Source: Candidatus Hydrogenedentota bacterium (GTDB lineage Bacteria; Hydrogenedentota; Hydrogenedentia; Hydrogenedentales; JAEUWI01). From it: DNA of 64,000 bases. Below are positions 21,632 to 30,792 of the stretch, piece after piece. The DNA lies in the NCBI GenBank assembly GCA_034669905.1, contig JAXMOL010000018.1:1-64000 (forward strand), given 5' to 3'. A program made the translations under genes and the position numbers. The notes under the pieces are model-generated. The model saw only the letters and a program-made list of their open reading frames with translations, ran no database searches and was not told the origin of the DNA. Every line of letters begins with the position of its first letter. Within the stretch, counting starts at the first letter, position 1.

Positions 21632-22426
21632 ATGGCTGACGGATTGCTCGCCGGAAAACGCGGCGTAATTTTGGGCATTGCCAACGATAAATCCATCGCC
21701 TGGGCCTGCGCACAGGAATGTGCCGCCCAGGGCGCGGAATTGGCCTTCAACTACCTCGGACCGCTCGAAAAGCGCGTCCGTGGATTGGCCGAACAGATCC
21801 CCGGCACGGAAGTGCTGGAATGCGACGTGACGAAGGATGAAGAGATTGCGTCTTTCTTCGCTGCTATCAAGGAAAAGTGGGGGACCATCGACTTCGTGAT
21901 CCACTCCGTGGCCTTCGCGGAGCGCGATGACCTCAAGAACCCCTTCGTCCAGACCCCCCGGAAGAATTTCGCCCTCGCCCTCGACGTGTCGGCCTATTCC
22001 CTGGTCGGCGTCTGTCGTGAAGCGGCACCGCTCATGACGAAGGGCGGCAGCGTGGTGGCCATGACCTATTATGGCGCCGAAAAGGTCCTGCCGAATTACA
22101 ACGTCATGGGCGTGGCCAAGGCGGCCCTCGAAGCGTCCTGCCGTTACCTCGCCAACGACCTCGGACCCGACGGTATCCGGGTCAACTGCGTCAGCGCCGG
22201 TCCCCTGCGCACCCTCTCCGCCAGTGCCATTGCGGGTATGCGTAAGATGCTCAAGGCCAACGCCGACTCTGCGCCTCTCCGTCGCAATACGACGGTGGAA
22301 GACGTGGCCAAGAGCACGGTGTATTTGCTTTCCGACATGAGCTCGGGCGTCACCGGTGAAACCCACCACGTGGACTGCGGCTACAACGTCATGGGCCTGA
22401 CGCTCACGGGTGAAGAGACCGAGTAA
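21632..22426 (+). CDS. fabI: Enoyl-ACP reductase
   Basis: GIANDKSIAW, YNVMGVAKAALE, SAGPLRTLSA; SD AGGAGG. Confidence 0.95.
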   Translation: MADGLLAGKRGVILGIANDKSIAWACAQECAAQGAELAFNYLGPLEKRVRGLAEQIPGTEVLECDVTKDEEIASFFAAIKEKWGTIDFVIHSVAFAERDDLKNPFVQTPRKNFALALDVSAYSLVGVCREAAPLMTKGGSVVAMTYYGAEKVLPNYNVMGVAKAALEASCRYLANDLGPDGIRVNCVSAGPLRTLSASAIAGMRKMLKANADSAPLRRNTTVEDVAKSTVYLLSDMSSGVTGETHHVDCGYNVMGLTLTGEETE

Positions 22427-22453
22427 CAGCACCAAATATCATTTACTCAATCG

Positions 22454-22486
22454 GACGGATTCGACCCCTCGGTCGGATCCGTCTTT
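22454..22486 (+). terminator. Probable terminator hairpin after fabI
   Basis: GACGGATTCGACC-CCTC-GGTCGGATCCGTC-TTT. Confidence 0.55.
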
Positions 22487-22718
22487 GCTATTCTGCCGGG
22501 CTCCCAGTTTCCGGTAACCGCAAGGGCGCCCCCCTCAAGCGGAGGAGCGCAGCGGGGGGAGTTTGTGGGTGTAGAGATGTCGTGCACCCGGGGGAGTATC
22601 GATTCGAAGCAATCGTGTGGTAGAAAATCGTCCGAGCATGTCATAGACACCAAGGCAGCGTTGCGGTATGATGCCGGGAATCTAACGCAACCCGACTTTC
22701 ATTTGGAGTCCTATTCCA

Positions 22719-23834
22719 ATGCCCTCAATAAGCGTCGAGGCCCAAGGCCTCATTTACAAAAACCCCATTCCCCACGTCCGCAGTGTCCACGGCTACTTCC
22801 CCTCCCTCGCGGCCCTCGACAACGGCGACCTGCTGTGCAGCGGCGTGCTCGGTGAGGCCTTCGAGGCCCACAACTGCCGCACCCACATTTTCCGCTCTAC
22901 GGACCAGGGGCAGACCTGGGTAAACGAAGGTCTCATCTATCCCGGGCCGCCCCATCCGTCCATGTCGGACTTCTCCCGCATCACGTCGCTGGGTGGCGGC
23001 AAGGTGGTCGCTATCATGACCCGCCACGATCGCCAGGACCTGCCCGACGACGGACTCTCCAATCCCGAGAACATGGGCTTCGCCCCCGGCGGCGTCTACA
23101 TGCTCCGCTCGGAAGACTACGGTAAGACCTGGACCGAGCCCGCGCTCCAGACACCTCCCCTCGTGGGACCCTCCTTCGAATTGTGCTGTCCCATCACCGT
23201 TCTCCCCGATGGACGGTGGGTGTGGCCCACGTCGACGTGGTTCGACTGGGAGGGCAACTGTCCCAACGGTCTGCGGATGATCGGGTGGATCTCGGAAGAC
23301 GAGGGCAAGAGCTGGTCTTCCTATATGGACGTCATGCACGAGGAAGACAACCAGGCCTTCTTTTGGGAGTCCAAGATTGTGGCACTGCCCGATGGCCGTC
23401 TCATGGCCGCGGCCTGGGTCTACGACAATGTCACCAAGGCCGACCGGGAAAACCAATATGTCCTTAGCAGCGACGGGGGAAAGAGCTGGTCCGCCCCGGC
23501 GTCCACGGGACTCCAGGGCCAGACCCTGACGCCCATCGTGCTAGATGACGGCCGTATCCTGAGCGTATACCGCCGCATCGACGAACCAGGCCTCTGGGCC
23601 AACCTCAGTCACCTTGACGGGGACAGTTGGGTCAACACGGAGACCGTGCCCATCTGGGGCCGACAGGCGGCCAAACTGACTGGTGAGACGGAAAATATGT
23701 CGGAAAACTTCGCCGTACTTCGTTTCGGTGCGCCCTGTTTAGTGAAGCGGGAATACGGCACTATATACGGCGCATTTTGGGGTTACGAAGATTGTGTGTC
23801 TGTTTTGCGTTGGTTTGTGTTGTCTGTAGAATAG
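22719..23834 (+). CDS. BNR-repeat sialidase-family protein (cytoplasmic)
   Basis: YFP motif and Asp boxes STDQGQTW, SEDYGKTW, SEDEGKSW, SSDGGKSW. Confidence 0.8.
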   Translation: MPSISVEAQGLIYKNPIPHVRSVHGYFPSLAALDNGDLLCSGVLGEAFEAHNCRTHIFRSTDQGQTWVNEGLIYPGPPHPSMSDFSRITSLGGGKVVAIMTRHDRQDLPDDGLSNPENMGFAPGGVYMLRSEDYGKTWTEPALQTPPLVGPSFELCCPITVLPDGRWVWPTSTWFDWEGNCPNGLRMIGWISEDEGKSWSSYMDVMHEEDNQAFFWESKIVALPDGRLMAAAWVYDNVTKADRENQYVLSSDGGKSWSAPASTGLQGQTLTPIVLDDGRILSVYRRIDEPGLWANLSHLDGDSWVNTETVPIWGRQAAKLTGETENMSENFAVLRFGAPCLVKREYGTIYGAFWGYEDCVSVLRWFVLSVE

Positions 23835-23849
23835 CCTGTAAGCAATTTT

Positions 23850-23990
23850 AAGGACCAAAAGGACATAAACGATCTGAGCGGCAGCGTGCTTCAGGCCTTC
23901 GAGGTCGTGTGCTTCCGGGCTAAGCGTCGGCCTACACGGGGTACCTTGGAGACGTTGTCCTTTATGTCCTTTTCGTCGTTTATGTCCTTT
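23850..23990. repeat. MITE/REP-like element with 9-nt periodic AAGGACATA-type inverted ends
   Basis: aaaggacataaacga (23858-23872) is the perfect reverse complement of tcgtttatgtccttt (23976-23990); extra partial units on both sides. Confidence 0.7.
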
Positions 23991-24033
23991 CAGTTTGAAA
24001 CCCGTTGTTTTCTATCCCAAAAAGGATTAGAGA

Positions 24034-25134
24034 TTGAAAAATAAAGCCTTAATAAATTATTGCTATATAGTGATTCTGGTCGTTGGGGCCTGCTTGTCCG
24101 CCACCACCCCGGCCCAGGAAATCGCCCTCACCAAAATCCACGACGACGGTACCTACAACGCCTTCACGGACCTCGCGAAGTTTCAGGGGCAGTACTACTG
24201 CACCTTCCGAAGCGCCATCTCCCACGGCGGCGCGAGCCACGATGTCCTCGGTGAAATCGTCGTAATTCGCTCGTCGGATACAAAGCAATGGAGCGAAGTT
24301 GCGCGGTTTGCGTCGGTTGGTGTGGATCTGCGAGACCCTAAGCTACTGGTCACGCCCACCGATATCCGCGTCTACGCCGTTGACTGCCGCCTTCGTCCGA
24401 AGGGCGCAATCCAATATGCCAACTGCGCGTGGACCAGCACCGACGGAACGACGTGGAGTGATTCCCAATCCATGGCGCCCGGCTATATCTTCTGGCGCCC
24501 CAAGATGAATCAGGGCAAATTCTATGTGCCGGCGTACGTCCGTCGTCCGGGGTATTGTGGGGTGGATGTGTTGGTTTCTGATGATGGCTACGACTGGCAC
24601 GTACAGTCGACGCCCATCCCGCCTGTCACGGTGAAGGGCGAAACCCTGTGGGCCAACGAGACGGAAATCCTATTCCTGGAAAACGGCAAGGCCCTGCTCT
24701 TTGCCCGCCGCAATTACACGGGAACCCCGAATCCGGAATTGGCGAAATATGGCGGTTTTCGTTCGGGTATCGTGCTTCAGTCCGACGCCGACACCCTGAC
24801 GCAGTGGGAGGTGTTGGACGAGAGTTTGTACTTTCACTGCCCCGCCGCCATCGAACACAATGGCCGCATCTTCCTTGCGGGGCGCGACAAGCTGGAATTG
24901 GACGATGGGCGCGTGACGGAAACCGGCCGTTTGTGGGAGTTTGTGGTGGGGCAGGGCTTCACGGAGCTGCAGCACTTCAAGACCCACGGTGATTCGAGCT
25001 ACATGGGCATGGTCCCCGAAGGCGATGAATTGCTGGTCAGTTACTATTCCACCCACGAGGGGGAAACGGCCTATTTTGAGAAGCCCGGAAAGGCGGACAT
25101 TTACCTTTCGCGGGTGCGCATTGTGGAGGAATAG
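24034..25134 (+). CDS. Secreted sialidase-like beta-propeller protein
   Basis: TTG start, signal peptide; YNAFTDL, DLRDPKL, STDGTTW, GDSSY, LLVSYYSTH. Confidence 0.75.
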   Translation: MKNKALINYCYIVILVVGACLSATTPAQEIALTKIHDDGTYNAFTDLAKFQGQYYCTFRSAISHGGASHDVLGEIVVIRSSDTKQWSEVARFASVGVDLRDPKLLVTPTDIRVYAVDCRLRPKGAIQYANCAWTSTDGTTWSDSQSMAPGYIFWRPKMNQGKFYVPAYVRRPGYCGVDVLVSDDGYDWHVQSTPIPPVTVKGETLWANETEILFLENGKALLFARRNYTGTPNPELAKYGGFRSGIVLQSDADTLTQWEVLDESLYFHCPAAIEHNGRIFLAGRDKLELDDGRVTETGRLWEFVVGQGFTELQHFKTHGDSSYMGMVPEGDELLVSYYSTHEGETAYFEKPGKADIYLSRVRIVEE

Positions 25135-26291
25135 GTATGAAGGGAATACGAAAAGCATCTATCGAAGACTTTGACGCCATCTGGCCCTTTTTCCGCGACA
25201 TCGTGGCAGCAGGGGAGTCCTATCCCTATCCCCGGGACACCAACCGTGAGCAGGGCGCCCACTATTGGTTTGGTGTGCACCAGGTGGTCTATGTCTACGA
25301 AGAGGCCGGTGTGATCCTGGGGACCTATGCCCTGAAACCCAATCAACCCGGACTCGGCAGTCATGTCTGTAATTGTGGGTATATGGTGGCCCCCAAAGGT
25401 CGGGGAAAAGGTATCGCGACGGCGCTCTGCGAACACTCCCAACAGGAGGCCTTGGCCCTGGGCTACAAGGCCATGCAATACAACCTCGTGGTCAGCACCA
25501 ACGAGACGGCCATCCGCCTCTGGCAAAAACTGGGCTTTGACGTGAAGGCCCACCTGCCCGGCGCCTTCCATCACCCCACGCTGGGTTATGTGGATGCGCT
25601 TGTCATGTATAAGTGGCTCGCCGATTGAGTTGGGGCAGCGTTTCGACGCTCCCGGCGTTTCACCCGTCTCCTCCGTGGGGGAGAGGCCGGAAGCTTCCCG
25701 GTTGTCTTTGGTTTTGGTCTGGGCGTCTTTGTTCTCGACTTCCGTCGGTGGTTTCGTCGGTGGTTTCGTCGGTGGAGCGGCCCGATAGGCCGGGATTTCT
25801 CCGGTCAGGCGGATGCCGTTTGGAAGGGGCAGCTTGGCGGATTCCTCGAGATAGAGCGTCATGTGCGGCGGAGGTGCGGGCTTATGGGGAAAACGCAGTT
25901 GGGCCATCGCGGGGTCCGGAATCTCCAGTCGGACGGTGTAGGCATATTCTTTACCCTCGAAGTCGCGGGCATGCGCGGTTTCTGCGAGCCGCGTGACAGG
26001 GTGCTCCTCAACATCGATTGCGGCGAATGCCTTCAGTAGGGTGGCCATGGCGGTGGGGTTCGCCATGAAATAGATAGTCTCGGCGGCATCGGACTGGCGC
26101 CCGTAGACCCGTGTGGGATGTCGGGCCAGGATTTCAACCCCCTCAGGCCACCACGATTGGGCTGCCGCGTCAGGCTGGGGTCCGACAACTTCAGTGACCA
26201 GGGCGTGGGTGGACAAGGCCGTTAGCATCACAAGGACGCAGCCAGTCCGTCCTGTGAACCTCGATGGAAATAGTCTACGGGTTAATGACAT
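25101..26291 (-). CDS. Secreted hypothetical protein; real-looking part about 26291-25630, with ORF read-through antisense over the GNAT gene
   Basis: Signal peptide followed by TEVVGP; WWPEGVEILARHPTRVY; PPTK tandem tail. The last ~175 codons are codon-register antisense of GNAT. Confidence 0.6.
   Translation of the reverse strand: MSLTRRLFPSRFTGRTGCVLVMLTALSTHALVTEVVGPQPDAAAQSWWPEGVEILARHPTRVYGRQSDAAETIYFMANPTAMATLLKAFAAIDVEEHPVTRLAETAHARDFEGKEYAYTVRLEIPDPAMAQLRFPHKPAPPPHMTLYLEESAKLPLPNGIRLTGEIPAYRAAPPTKPPTKPPTEVENKDAQTKTKDNREASGLSPTEETGETPGASKRCPNSIGEPLIHDKRIHITQRGVMEGAGQVGLHVKAQFLPEADGRLVGADHEVVLHGLVAQGQGLLLGVFAERRRDTFSPTFGGHHIPTITDMTAESGLIGFQGIGPQDHTGLFVDIDHLVHTKPIVGALLTVGVPGIGIGLPCCHDVAEKGPDGVKVFDRCFSYSLHTYSSTMRTRER
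25137..25628 (+). CDS. GNAT-family N-acetyltransferase
   Basis: SHVCNCGYMV, RGKGIA acetyl-CoA motif, NLVVSTNETAIRLWQKLGF. Confidence 0.92.
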   Translation: MKGIRKASIEDFDAIWPFFRDIVAAGESYPYPRDTNREQGAHYWFGVHQVVYVYEEAGVILGTYALKPNQPGLGSHVCNCGYMVAPKGRGKGIATALCEHSQQEALALGYKAMQYNLVVSTNETAIRLWQKLGFDVKAHLPGAFHHPTLGYVDALVMYKWLAD

Positions 26292-26349
26292 AGGCGCCAG
26301 GATTCCTCGAAAATGGGATTGCCGATTGCGGCGGCGGAATGCCCACTAT

Positions 26350-27159
26350 CTACCGTACGTGCATAGCGCCGCGAGGTTCATTTCCAAGGGCATCCAGTTC
26401 CAGTAACACCGCCATGGCCTCCTCCGTCACAGGCCATTTGGCGTTCATCTTGACGAATTCCACGTGCCCGTCGGCATAGAGGACGTTGCTGCCGCCGGGA
26501 ATGTGGGCGAGGGGACGCTCGATGAATACAGGAATTTTAGACAAGGCCTCATTCGTGTCGGTGATGCCTGGGATGTCCTTACGCAGGCGTGGTATTTCCA
26601 GGGAGATGCCCCCGTCACCCATGGTGCTTAGGTCCTCATCAAAAGGCTTTCCCGCAGCGATGCGGGCGCGGTATGCCACGGCAAACTGTTCGAGGGTCGC
26701 CTGATCGGGGATGGCATAGCCCAGGTACAGGTAGGACTGGTCGTTCGAGACCGTGTTTAAGGAGGGGGGCGGGGGCGGCGGCTCTTCCCAAAACCAGCGC
26801 TCAGGGGGGCGCGAAGTGCCTGCGTTCGGGCACGTGAGAAAATATAAATCGGCAAGATAATCGGGATGGATGCCCGAATACTCCGGATCTTCGCGAACCG
26901 CCAGCACGCCCGGCGTCGGGGAGAGTTCGGGGAAAACGTCATCGTGGTTGTCGGAGTACATCTCGAAGGCCAGAAATAATACCTTGAGATTATGGGGGCA
27001 GGAGTCTCCGTAGGGGTAATATTCGTTGTCCACACGTGCCAGCCACGAAAAGAGGGCAAGACCCAGCGAGAGATACAAGACGGATACCAAGAGGACAGAA
27101 CGCAATGTCCATCGCTCAGTAGAAATTGGTGGTTGTGATTTCGCTTTGGGCATCCCCAT
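26350..27159 (-). CDS. H-X9-DG-CTERM / DUF1559-like pilin-related protein with one TM anchor
   Basis: CPHNLKVLFLAFEMYSDNHDDVFP, SYLYLGY, HIPGGSNVLYADGHVEF. Confidence 0.85.
   Translation of the reverse strand: MGMPKAKSQPPISTERWTLRSVLLVSVLYLSLGLALFSWLARVDNEYYPYGDSCPHNLKVLFLAFEMYSDNHDDVFPELSPTPGVLAVREDPEYSGIHPDYLADLYFLTCPNAGTSRPPERWFWEEPPPPPPSLNTVSNDQSYLYLGYAIPDQATLEQFAVAYRARIAAGKPFDEDLSTMGDGGISLEIPRLRKDIPGITDTNEALSKIPVFIERPLAHIPGGSNVLYADGHVEFVKMNAKWPVTEEAMAVLLELDALGNEPRGAMHVR
26368..26525. repeat. Direct repeat copy 1 (pairs with 28765-28922): 3' end of H-X9-DG gene
   Basis: About 158 nt gapless near-identity; differences inside the shared 49-aa block are synonymous. Confidence 0.95.
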
Positions 27160-27335
27160 ACTTGACCCCTCTTCCGTTTGGATTGCGCTGTACAGCGCCG
27201 GGAAAACTCACAATCCAATGCCAGCACCCATGTCCCGCCTGCGGTCTTACATTCTGCGCCTGTGGGTGGGATACTCTCCGCATACACAAGCGGGCGGGTA
27301 AGGATACAAGTGGCCGATCCGCTTGGGGCTATCGG

Positions 27336-28688
27336 CTACCGTTCCGGCAAGCGCTCCGAATTCCCAATCTCGCCCCGGAGCAATCGGCCCCCTTGGCCGG
27401 TGAGCCACAAGTAATGGTCAGATGGCAGTCCCTCGTAGTCAATAAAGCTGGATTCGCCGACGGGCGGGTTGTTGGTGCATTTGAAGATGGCCGTCGCTTC
27501 GTCGACTTCGTCGAACATGGCCTGATAGATCATCGTCGCTCCGGCGGATTTGGCGTTAACATACTGGTTCCAGAGAAACTGACCACCCCGGCGGGGAATG
27601 ATATTGGGTGCGCTGTTTGGTTTCAGGTTGTGCCAGCTGAAACCGGGGAACACAACCGGTAGCAGCGTCTTGCCGCGTTCCTCGCACCACGCAATGTCCG
27701 CTGACAGCGTTTCCGTGGCATAGGTGTCCGCATCCTCGGGGGTGCGAAAGCGACCCACGGCCCAGGGGCTTAACAGGTCCGCCTTCAATAGAACGTCGTG
27801 AAGACCCGGGTCATCCACCGTGTCACGGGTCTGGGTGCGCCAGTAGGCGGGGATGCCGATCATGACGGTGTTGCCGCCGTAGACCGGGTCCTTCTTGAGG
27901 AAATCGATGAGGGTGGCGCACTCCTCCAGCGTGTATTTGCGATTATCATTGAAACCCACGCCCCAGACCGCCACCACGGGTTTGCCGTCGTGATGGAGAT
28001 AGGCCCTATCCGCGTCGTTCTGCGCAATGCCCAAGTCGTCCACCAGATGTTTCCAATCCGCCATGACCGTGTCCATTTGCCCGGCGCCCATCCCTGAAAG
28101 GTCATACATGACAGCATAGGCCCGACCGTGGGTCTTCGCACCTTCACGACAATTGCGCAAGACCGTGTCCCGAAAGTGCAGGCCTTTGTCGCGTCGAATG
28201 TCATTGGTGAATCGCTGGACGAAGGCCCCATCGATGCCATAGTCCGCCATCCACTTGAAGTGGCGCGCCACGGTCTTAGGGTTGGCGGAACTGAACACAT
28301 AGGCCGTGCTTCCATCGGCGTGGCGGAAGGGCGTGGCGTATTTCTCATCGTCCTCCAGCTCGGTCATGTCGGGCCACAGGTCGATGGTGCAACTGCCCGG
28401 CTTGAAGCCGTCCCGGCCCCGCCAGTGATTCCACCCCATGTTCATGCCGTCGCCCTCGGCCGTAAACCAGCCCTGATAACCACACATTACCTTGCCGGTC
28501 AGGGTGCGGGTGTCGACCGAGATAGCGGGTGTGCCCGTCGTCGCGGTGGCCGATGCGTCGGACAGCGGGCCGACCACTTCGGTGGCGAAGGTCGGCGCGG
28601 ACAGGGTTCCTACGGAGCAAATGAAAAAAAGGGCACAAAAGGCCGGACGGGTTAGGCGATAGGGAGCGGGATTGAGTGAATAAGGCAT
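27336..28688 (-). CDS. Secreted glycoside hydrolase family 71/99-like protein
   Basis: Signal peptide; KVMCGYQGWF, HFKWMADYGIDGAFVQRF, MYDLSG, PVVFPGFSW, AMFDEVDEATA. Confidence 0.85.
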   Translation of the reverse strand: MPYSLNPAPYRLTRPAFCALFFICSVGTLSAPTFATEVVGPLSDASATATTGTPAISVDTRTLTGKVMCGYQGWFTAEGDGMNMGWNHWRGRDGFKPGSCTIDLWPDMTELEDDEKYATPFRHADGSTAYVFSSANPKTVARHFKWMADYGIDGAFVQRFTNDIRRDKGLHFRDTVLRNCREGAKTHGRAYAVMYDLSGMGAGQMDTVMADWKHLVDDLGIAQNDADRAYLHHDGKPVVAVWGVGFNDNRKYTLEECATLIDFLKKDPVYGGNTVMIGIPAYWRTQTRDTVDDPGLHDVLLKADLLSPWAVGRFRTPEDADTYATETLSADIAWCEERGKTLLPVVFPGFSWHNLKPNSAPNIIPRRGGQFLWNQYVNAKSAGATMIYQAMFDEVDEATAIFKCTNNPPVGESSFIDYEGLPSDHYLWLTGQGGRLLRGEIGNSERLPER

Positions 28689-28746
28689 TGATTGCTGTAC
28701 TTCCGGTTGGATGGTGATGTGATGTTAAGGAAAGGGGGCCCCGTTT

Positions 28747-29709
28747 CTATTCTACCTGCAAATTGCCGCGTGATTCATTTCCGAGGGCATCCAGTTCCAG
28801 CAACACCGCCATGGCTTCCTCGGTCACGGGCCATTTGGCGTTCATCTTGACGAATTCCACGTGCCCATCGGCATAGAGGACGTTGCTGCCGCCGGGAATG
28901 TGGGCGAGGGGACGCTCAATGAGTAGGGGGAGTTGAGCGCTGCCCTCCGTGTTGTCCGTTCCGAAACCCAAGTCCTCCGCACGGAGGCGTTGTAGTGTGA
29001 TCCCCTTCGCGGTTAATACGCCATCGAAGGCCTCTTCCGTGCCCATATTTTCCCGATAGGCCTGCGCGAAGGCTTCCAACTCGTCTTGATTGGTGATGCG
29101 ATAGCCCAGATAGAAATAGGACTGGTCGTCGAAGGCAGCTTTTGGCGTTAAATCATCGCGGGCGGGCGTCTTTTTCGTCTCTGGACAATAGAGGATGCTC
29201 AGGTCGGTGAGAATCTCCGGATAGATCGCGCTATCGCCTGACTCACTATTCGGAAACATGAGTTGGCCTGGGTGGGATGAGGGTGGGGGTAACCATGGTT
29301 CCCCGGATTCGTTTCCATACATGGCAAGAACCAGTCCCAAGTGCTTCAGGTGGTTTTGGCAGGTGGCGCGGAACGCAGCCGGATGCTTATGTGTCAGAGA
29401 CAGGGGAATTCCAATCATGATGCCGGCCACGGTAGGAAGTAGTACGGTGATAAACATTAACGGTATTTTTTGATACCGTCTCGCGGTGCGCCAGGCGCTT
29501 ACCAGGAAAACGATGCCCAAGAGGATTATCAAAGGACCTGCAACGGAATTGTTTAGCGGCAACAGGCGAATGCCGATGGTGGCAAGCCAACTGCCCAGAA
29601 AAGTAGCAATTGCGACAGAGAGAGGGCCGTTTCCCCAGGGCGCGTTGCCGCGACTTTTTCCGGGCGAAGAATCTTTATAATCTCTCGAATCGTCGGGTAC
29701 ACGTTCCAT
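28747..29709 (-). CDS. H-X9-DG-CTERM / DUF1559-like pilin-related protein with about three TM helices
   Basis: RATCQNHLKHLGLVLAMYGNE, SYFYLGY, HIPGGSNVLYADGHVEF. Confidence 0.85.
   Translation of the reverse strand: MERVPDDSRDYKDSSPGKSRGNAPWGNGPLSVAIATFLGSWLATIGIRLLPLNNSVAGPLIILLGIVFLVSAWRTARRYQKIPLMFITVLLPTVAGIMIGIPLSLTHKHPAAFRATCQNHLKHLGLVLAMYGNESGEPWLPPPSSHPGQLMFPNSESGDSAIYPEILTDLSILYCPETKKTPARDDLTPKAAFDDQSYFYLGYRITNQDELEAFAQAYRENMGTEEAFDGVLTAKGITLQRLRAEDLGFGTDNTEGSAQLPLLIERPLAHIPGGSNVLYADGHVEFVKMNAKWPVTEEAMAVLLELDALGNESRGNLQVE
28765..28922. repeat. Direct repeat copy 2 (pairs with 26368-26525)
   Basis: See copy 1; offset 2397 nt. Confidence 0.95.
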
Positions 29710-29961
29710 GGAGGCTCCCCTTGATGCCGCACAGTTTTACTGCCTGCTCCTACTATAGCGGTATTGGGTGAGATTGGCAACGACTTGGTCGCTCAGGGCA
29801 AAGGCATTGAGATTGACCTGGGTTTCAAGGGCCAAGGGGGACGGCCCCGGACGGTGCGTTCATGGGGGAAACCCTATGGCGTTGGCTGGCCAAGACATCA
29901 TGCCAAGTTCATACCATGAACTGGTCCTGGGCAGTCCCCGCATCCGCATCGCTGCCGTCCC

Positions 29962-30792
29962 TCACGATGCCGCAAGCTCCCAGACACTCTGCTCGGAAAA
30001 CAGCTCGCCCCGCCGGAAGCGCCGTCCCGTATCCGTGGTGGCATTATCCAGCGCCACCTTCTCCCGTGACACGGGCAAGAGCCGGAAATCGAGACTGACC
30101 CGCGTCGTGTCCTCGTGGTTTTCCGTGCCGCCGTGGAGGCAGTGGGGGTCGAAGAACAGCAAGTGGCCTGCTCGCATAGGCACCGGGGAACAGGCGGCGG
30201 TGATGGCCTCTGCAAAGTGGGAATCTCGATCCCAGGTGTCGTAAAAATGGTAGAGCGAATCGGCAAAGGGTGGGTCGGTGGGGCCGAGTTGCTCGCGGTA
30301 CGATTCCAAAACCTGAAGGCTTGCGGTTCGCGATGCACATTGCAGGGTGGCCGTCCCCGTGCAGTCGGTGAGTGCGAGCCACCCCTGAAGCATCTCCGGG
30401 GGATGACCCCCAAGCAGGTCACTGTGAAATTGGCGGGGCAGGCCCGCCGTCGTCTTCATGGCGGCGTGAAAGGGCACGGGAAAGTGAAAGCGAATAAGAG
30501 GCTGGGCCTGAAACAAGCAGTCTTCAGAAAGCAGGGGGCGCAAACCCCGGACAAGAAACTCCCGGTAGGCCGCCAGAATGTCGTCGCTCACATGGTAGAA
30601 GGCCCGGCTTACGGCGTTCGAGTAGTGGGCGCTGAGAGCCATGAGCTCGGGGGCGAGGTGGTGGTGCAAGGCGGACAGCGAAGGTGCGCCCACGCCATAG
30701 CCTGATGTTGCAAGCTGCGCTTCGACGGCGTCAATGAGCGCTTCGGTGCCGGGTAGCGTCGGGTGCACTTCGAAGCCGGATTCATCCCACAT
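29962..30792 (-). CDS. Fe(II)/2-oxoglutarate dioxygenase-like protein (PhyH/StrG-like)
   Basis: FHSD (HxD), W-x-ALTD, LHGGTEN...TRVSLDFRL; start overlaps the end of the upstream CDF gene. Confidence 0.7.
   Translation of the reverse strand: MWDESGFEVHPTLPGTEALIDAVEAQLATSGYGVGAPSLSALHHHLAPELMALSAHYSNAVSRAFYHVSDDILAAYREFLVRGLRPLLSEDCLFQAQPLIRFHFPVPFHAAMKTTAGLPRQFHSDLLGGHPPEMLQGWLALTDCTGTATLQCASRTASLQVLESYREQLGPTDPPFADSLYHFYDTWDRDSHFAEAITAACSPVPMRAGHLLFFDPHCLHGGTENHEDTTRVSLDFRLLPVSREKVALDNATTDTGRRFRRGELFSEQSVWELAAS

Noticed and set aside
26368..28922. Possible DGR template/variable repeat pair
   Set aside because: Mismatches are synonymous third-position changes, not adenine-specific; both copies are coding; no reverse transcriptase in the window.
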